A stretch of 64,000 nt of DNA from Raja brachyura (taxonomy: Eukaryota): NCBI GenBank assembly GCA_963514005.1, contig OY740804.1, forward strand, positions 2,356,001 to 2,420,000, written 5' to 3'. Made by a program: the position numbers and the translations under genes. Shown in pieces: positions 60,823 to 64,000 of the stretch. Under the pieces are notes generated by a model, which was not told the DNA's origin, did no database searches, and saw nothing but the letters and a program-made list of their open reading frames with translations. Every line of letters begins with the position of its first letter. Position 1 is the first letter of the stretch.

Positions 60823-63234
60823 GGTTATGGGGAGAAGGCAGGAGAATGGGGTTGAGGGGGGAAGATAGATCAGACATGATTGAATGGAGTAGACTTGATG
60901 GGCAGAATGGCCTAACTCTGCTCCTGTAACATGAACTCCCGTGAAGTTTGATTAGAGAGAGAGCGTGGATTTGAACTCTGGGTTGTTACTGTGGGTCTCT
61001 GGAGAACATGCTGTCTGCCACTCTTCCTCCTTGTCATAGAGTCATAGAATGATACAGAATGGACACAGGCCCTTCGGCCCAACTTGCCCACACCGGCCAA
61101 CATGTCCCATCCACACTAGTCCCACCTGCCTGCGTTTGGCCCGTATCCCTCCAAAACTGTCCTATCCATGTACCTGTCTACGTAACTGTTTCTTAAACAT
61201 TGGGATAGTCCCGACCTCAACTACCTCCTCTGGCAGCTTGTTCCATACACCCACCACCCTTGTGTGACAAGTTACCCTTCAGGCTCCTATTGAATCTTTC
61301 CCCCCTCACCTTAAACCTATGTCCTCTGGTCCCCGATTCACTTTACTCTGGGCAAGAGACTCTGTGCCTCTACCCGGTCTATTCCTCTCAGGATTTTATG
61401 CCCCTCTATAATATCACCCCTCATCTTCCTGGGAATAGAGTCCCAGCCTGCTCAACCTCTCTCTCCCTGTAGCTCAGACCCCTCGAGTCCCGGCAACATC
61501 CTGTGATGAGTCTGAAATGTGCAGACTCAGTGCGGAGATCTGGAGGAACACTTGAGTAATCCAGACAGCTCATAACCTGTCGACAATTTAGTAAGTAAAT
61601 AAGACCACACTTACTTATTACTGGAGGTCAACTCACTCGAATAACATTTAATCCTCTGGTATTTTTAATGAGTTTGTCCATCTATTTTTAAATAGGTCAC
61701 ATTGTCCTTCGCCAAGAATTACTGCAGCTGCTGGAGAACTGGGGGCAGGTAGAGCTGCTGCCTCACAGTGCCAGAGACCCGGGTTGTTCGATCCTGACCT
61801 CAGGCGCTGTCTGTGTGGAGTTTGCACGTTCTCCCTGTGACCACGTGGGTTCCCTCCGGGTGCTCTGGTTTCTCCCACATCGCAAAGTTGGGTTGTCACA
61901 AAAACAAGAACTGGTTCACAGTTCAGGGTCATTGAAAGTTTATTGTCAGTTTGTGGGCAGTGGGACAATTATTCCTTGTGTGCCCGTGTGGGTTTAACTG
62001 TGGGGGATTCTGTCTCACGCTAGACCACCACGTTGATCTGGCCCAACATATCATGACCTTTGTCCACTTGCCTCTTGTTATTATCAAGGAAGTGCAGATG
62101 CCGGTTAATAAACAAAAGGACACAAAGTGCTGGAGGAACTCAACAGGTCAGGCAGCTTCTCTGGAGAACAGGTGACAATTCGGATCGGGACTCCTCTTCA
62201 GAAATCCCAAGGGTCCCAACCAAAAACATCATCTGTCCATTCCCTCCGCAGATGTTGCCCGACCCATTGAGTTCCAATCAGTGGAATTCTTTGCCACAAA
62301 AGGCTGTGGAGGCCAAGTCAGTGGATATATTTAAGAGATAGATAGATTCTTGATTAGTACGGGTGTCAGGGGTTATGGGGAGAAGGCAGGAGAGTGGGGT
62401 TAGGAGGGAGAGATAGATCAGCCCTGATTAAATGGCGGAGTAGATGATGGGCCGAATGGCCTAATTTTGCTCCTATCACTTATGATCTTGTGAACATGAG
62501 CTTGTTGTGTGATTGCCAAGATTCCAGCATCTGCAGTTGTTTGTGAAGGCCGTCAACCCATGAAGACAATGAATAATTTTCAAAGATAGCAGATGTTATG
62601 ATAATCAGAGGAATTGGCAGAGTCTACACAAGTGCGAATATTAAACCCACTGTGTGATTGCCCCCAACAAGGCATCAAATCAATGGGCTGGATAGTAACA
62701 ACGATAAGTTTGGGTAGAAAAGGACTTGTTAGGTCTGTACCAGGACAGCTGTAAGATGGGAAAACATCTAGTATCAGGTGGGTGAATGTTTTATTTGTTT
62801 GGCTTCACATGGAATGAGGCGAAACCTCCCTGAATAGTCTGAAGAAACATAGAAACATAGAAAATAGGTGCAGGAGTGGGCCATTCGGCCCTTCGAGCCA
62901 GCACCGAGTACAAGACCATGCGCAACAAGGATCAAATGAACGGTCAGTGTCTTTTTCCCAGGCTAGAGGTTTACAGTGAGGGGAGAGATTTAAAAACTCG
63001 AGATTTTTCAGTGTTTCCCTGAACCGATTTTGCAATAGATGTGGCAATTTAAAATTGCCCAATTTTGGAGTTAAAGAGAAGAGGAAGTGGTCGCAGATGT
63101 CCGCCCTTGAGTAACGTCCAGAACAACAACAAACTGTGACCTTCAGAGTCCCAGACCCTTCAGCCCACCTTGCCCCTGCTAACCATCGAAGGCCTATCCA
63201 AACCAATCCCATTGCCCATCTGAAAAACAGACGC

Positions 63235-63880
63235 AAAGTGCTGGAGTAACTCAGAGGGCTGGGCAGCATCTGTGGAGAACATGGATAGGTGACGTTTCAC
63301 AAAGAGTGCTGGAGTAACTCAGCGGGTCAGGCAGCATCTGTGGAGAACATGGATAGGTGACGTTTCACAAAGAGTGCTGGAGTAACTCAGCGGTTCAGGC
63401 AGCATCTCTGGAGAACATGGATAGGTGACGTTTCGGATTGGGACCTTTATTCAGTGCTTGGAGCAGGGTGCTGAGTTACTCCAGCACTGTGTGAAATGTC
63501 ACCTATCCATGTTCTCCACAGATGCTGCCTGACCCGCTGAGTTACTCCAGCACTCTGTGAAACGTCACCTATCCATGTTCTCCACAGATGCTGCCTGACC
63601 CGCTGAGTTACTATATGCTATATTTAAGAGGGAGTTAGATGTGGCCCTTGTGGCTAAGGGGATCAGAGGGTATGGAGAGAAGGCAGGTACGGGATACTGA
63701 GTTGGATGATCAGCCATGATCATATTGAATGGCGGTGCAGGCTCGAAGGGCCGGATGGCCTACTCCTGCACCTAATTTCTATGTTTCTATGTTTCTATGT
63801 TACTCCAGCACTCTGTGAAACATCACCTATCCACGTTCTCCACAGATGCTGCCTGACCCGCTGAGTTACTCCACCACTCT
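63235..63880. repeat. Tandem and inverted arrays of the 66-68-bp Penelope-derived unit, interrupted by a CR1 3' end (63613-63798)
   Basis: Three minus-orientation units, then plus-orientation units; gttact flanks the CR1 tail. Confidence 0.8.
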
Positions 63881-64000
63881 GTCGTTCTTTGTAAAACAGT
63901 TCCTTGTTTTTGCAAGGAAATACTGGGAGTGGGTAAGATGTTCACAGATCTACAACACTCTCACTGAGCAGCCAATCTCACTGAGAAGCAAACTCCCCCT

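Overview
Repeat-rich vertebrate genomic DNA. The HE1/V-SINE-type SINEs, CR1 LINEs and Penelope-derived repeats point to a cartilaginous fish, probably a skate or ray. (1) Bases 1-9.6 kb hold a nest of DIRS tyrosine-recombinase retrotransposons inside a CR1 LINE. One copy is full length (2940-7850), with inverted termini, an internal complementary region and an ATA integration core on both sides. (2) Bases 9.6-29 kb hold three paralogous small genes: A (11986-12525, -), B (17696-18235, +) and C (25057-25590, +). Each encodes a predicted secreted single Ig V-set domain behind a nearly invariant leader/propeptide ending in RAPR, while the mature domain differs strongly between A/B and C. A and B sit in the arms of a large inverted duplication, and B has lost its promoter and first exon. 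(3) Bases 29.6-52.7 kb (- strand) hold an 11-coding-exon GH18 chitinase-family gene (471 aa) with a C-terminal CBM14 domain but a catalytic Glu->Gln change (DGLDIDWQYP), i.e. a probable chi-lectin. Introns and flanks carry L1, CR1 and Rex/Babar fragments, MITEs, short Penelope-type elements with hammerhead ribozyme motifs, and a 1.46-kb G-rich minisatellite. There are two assembly gaps (29937-30769, 31090-31239). All calls come from reading the sequence by eye; no database searches were run.
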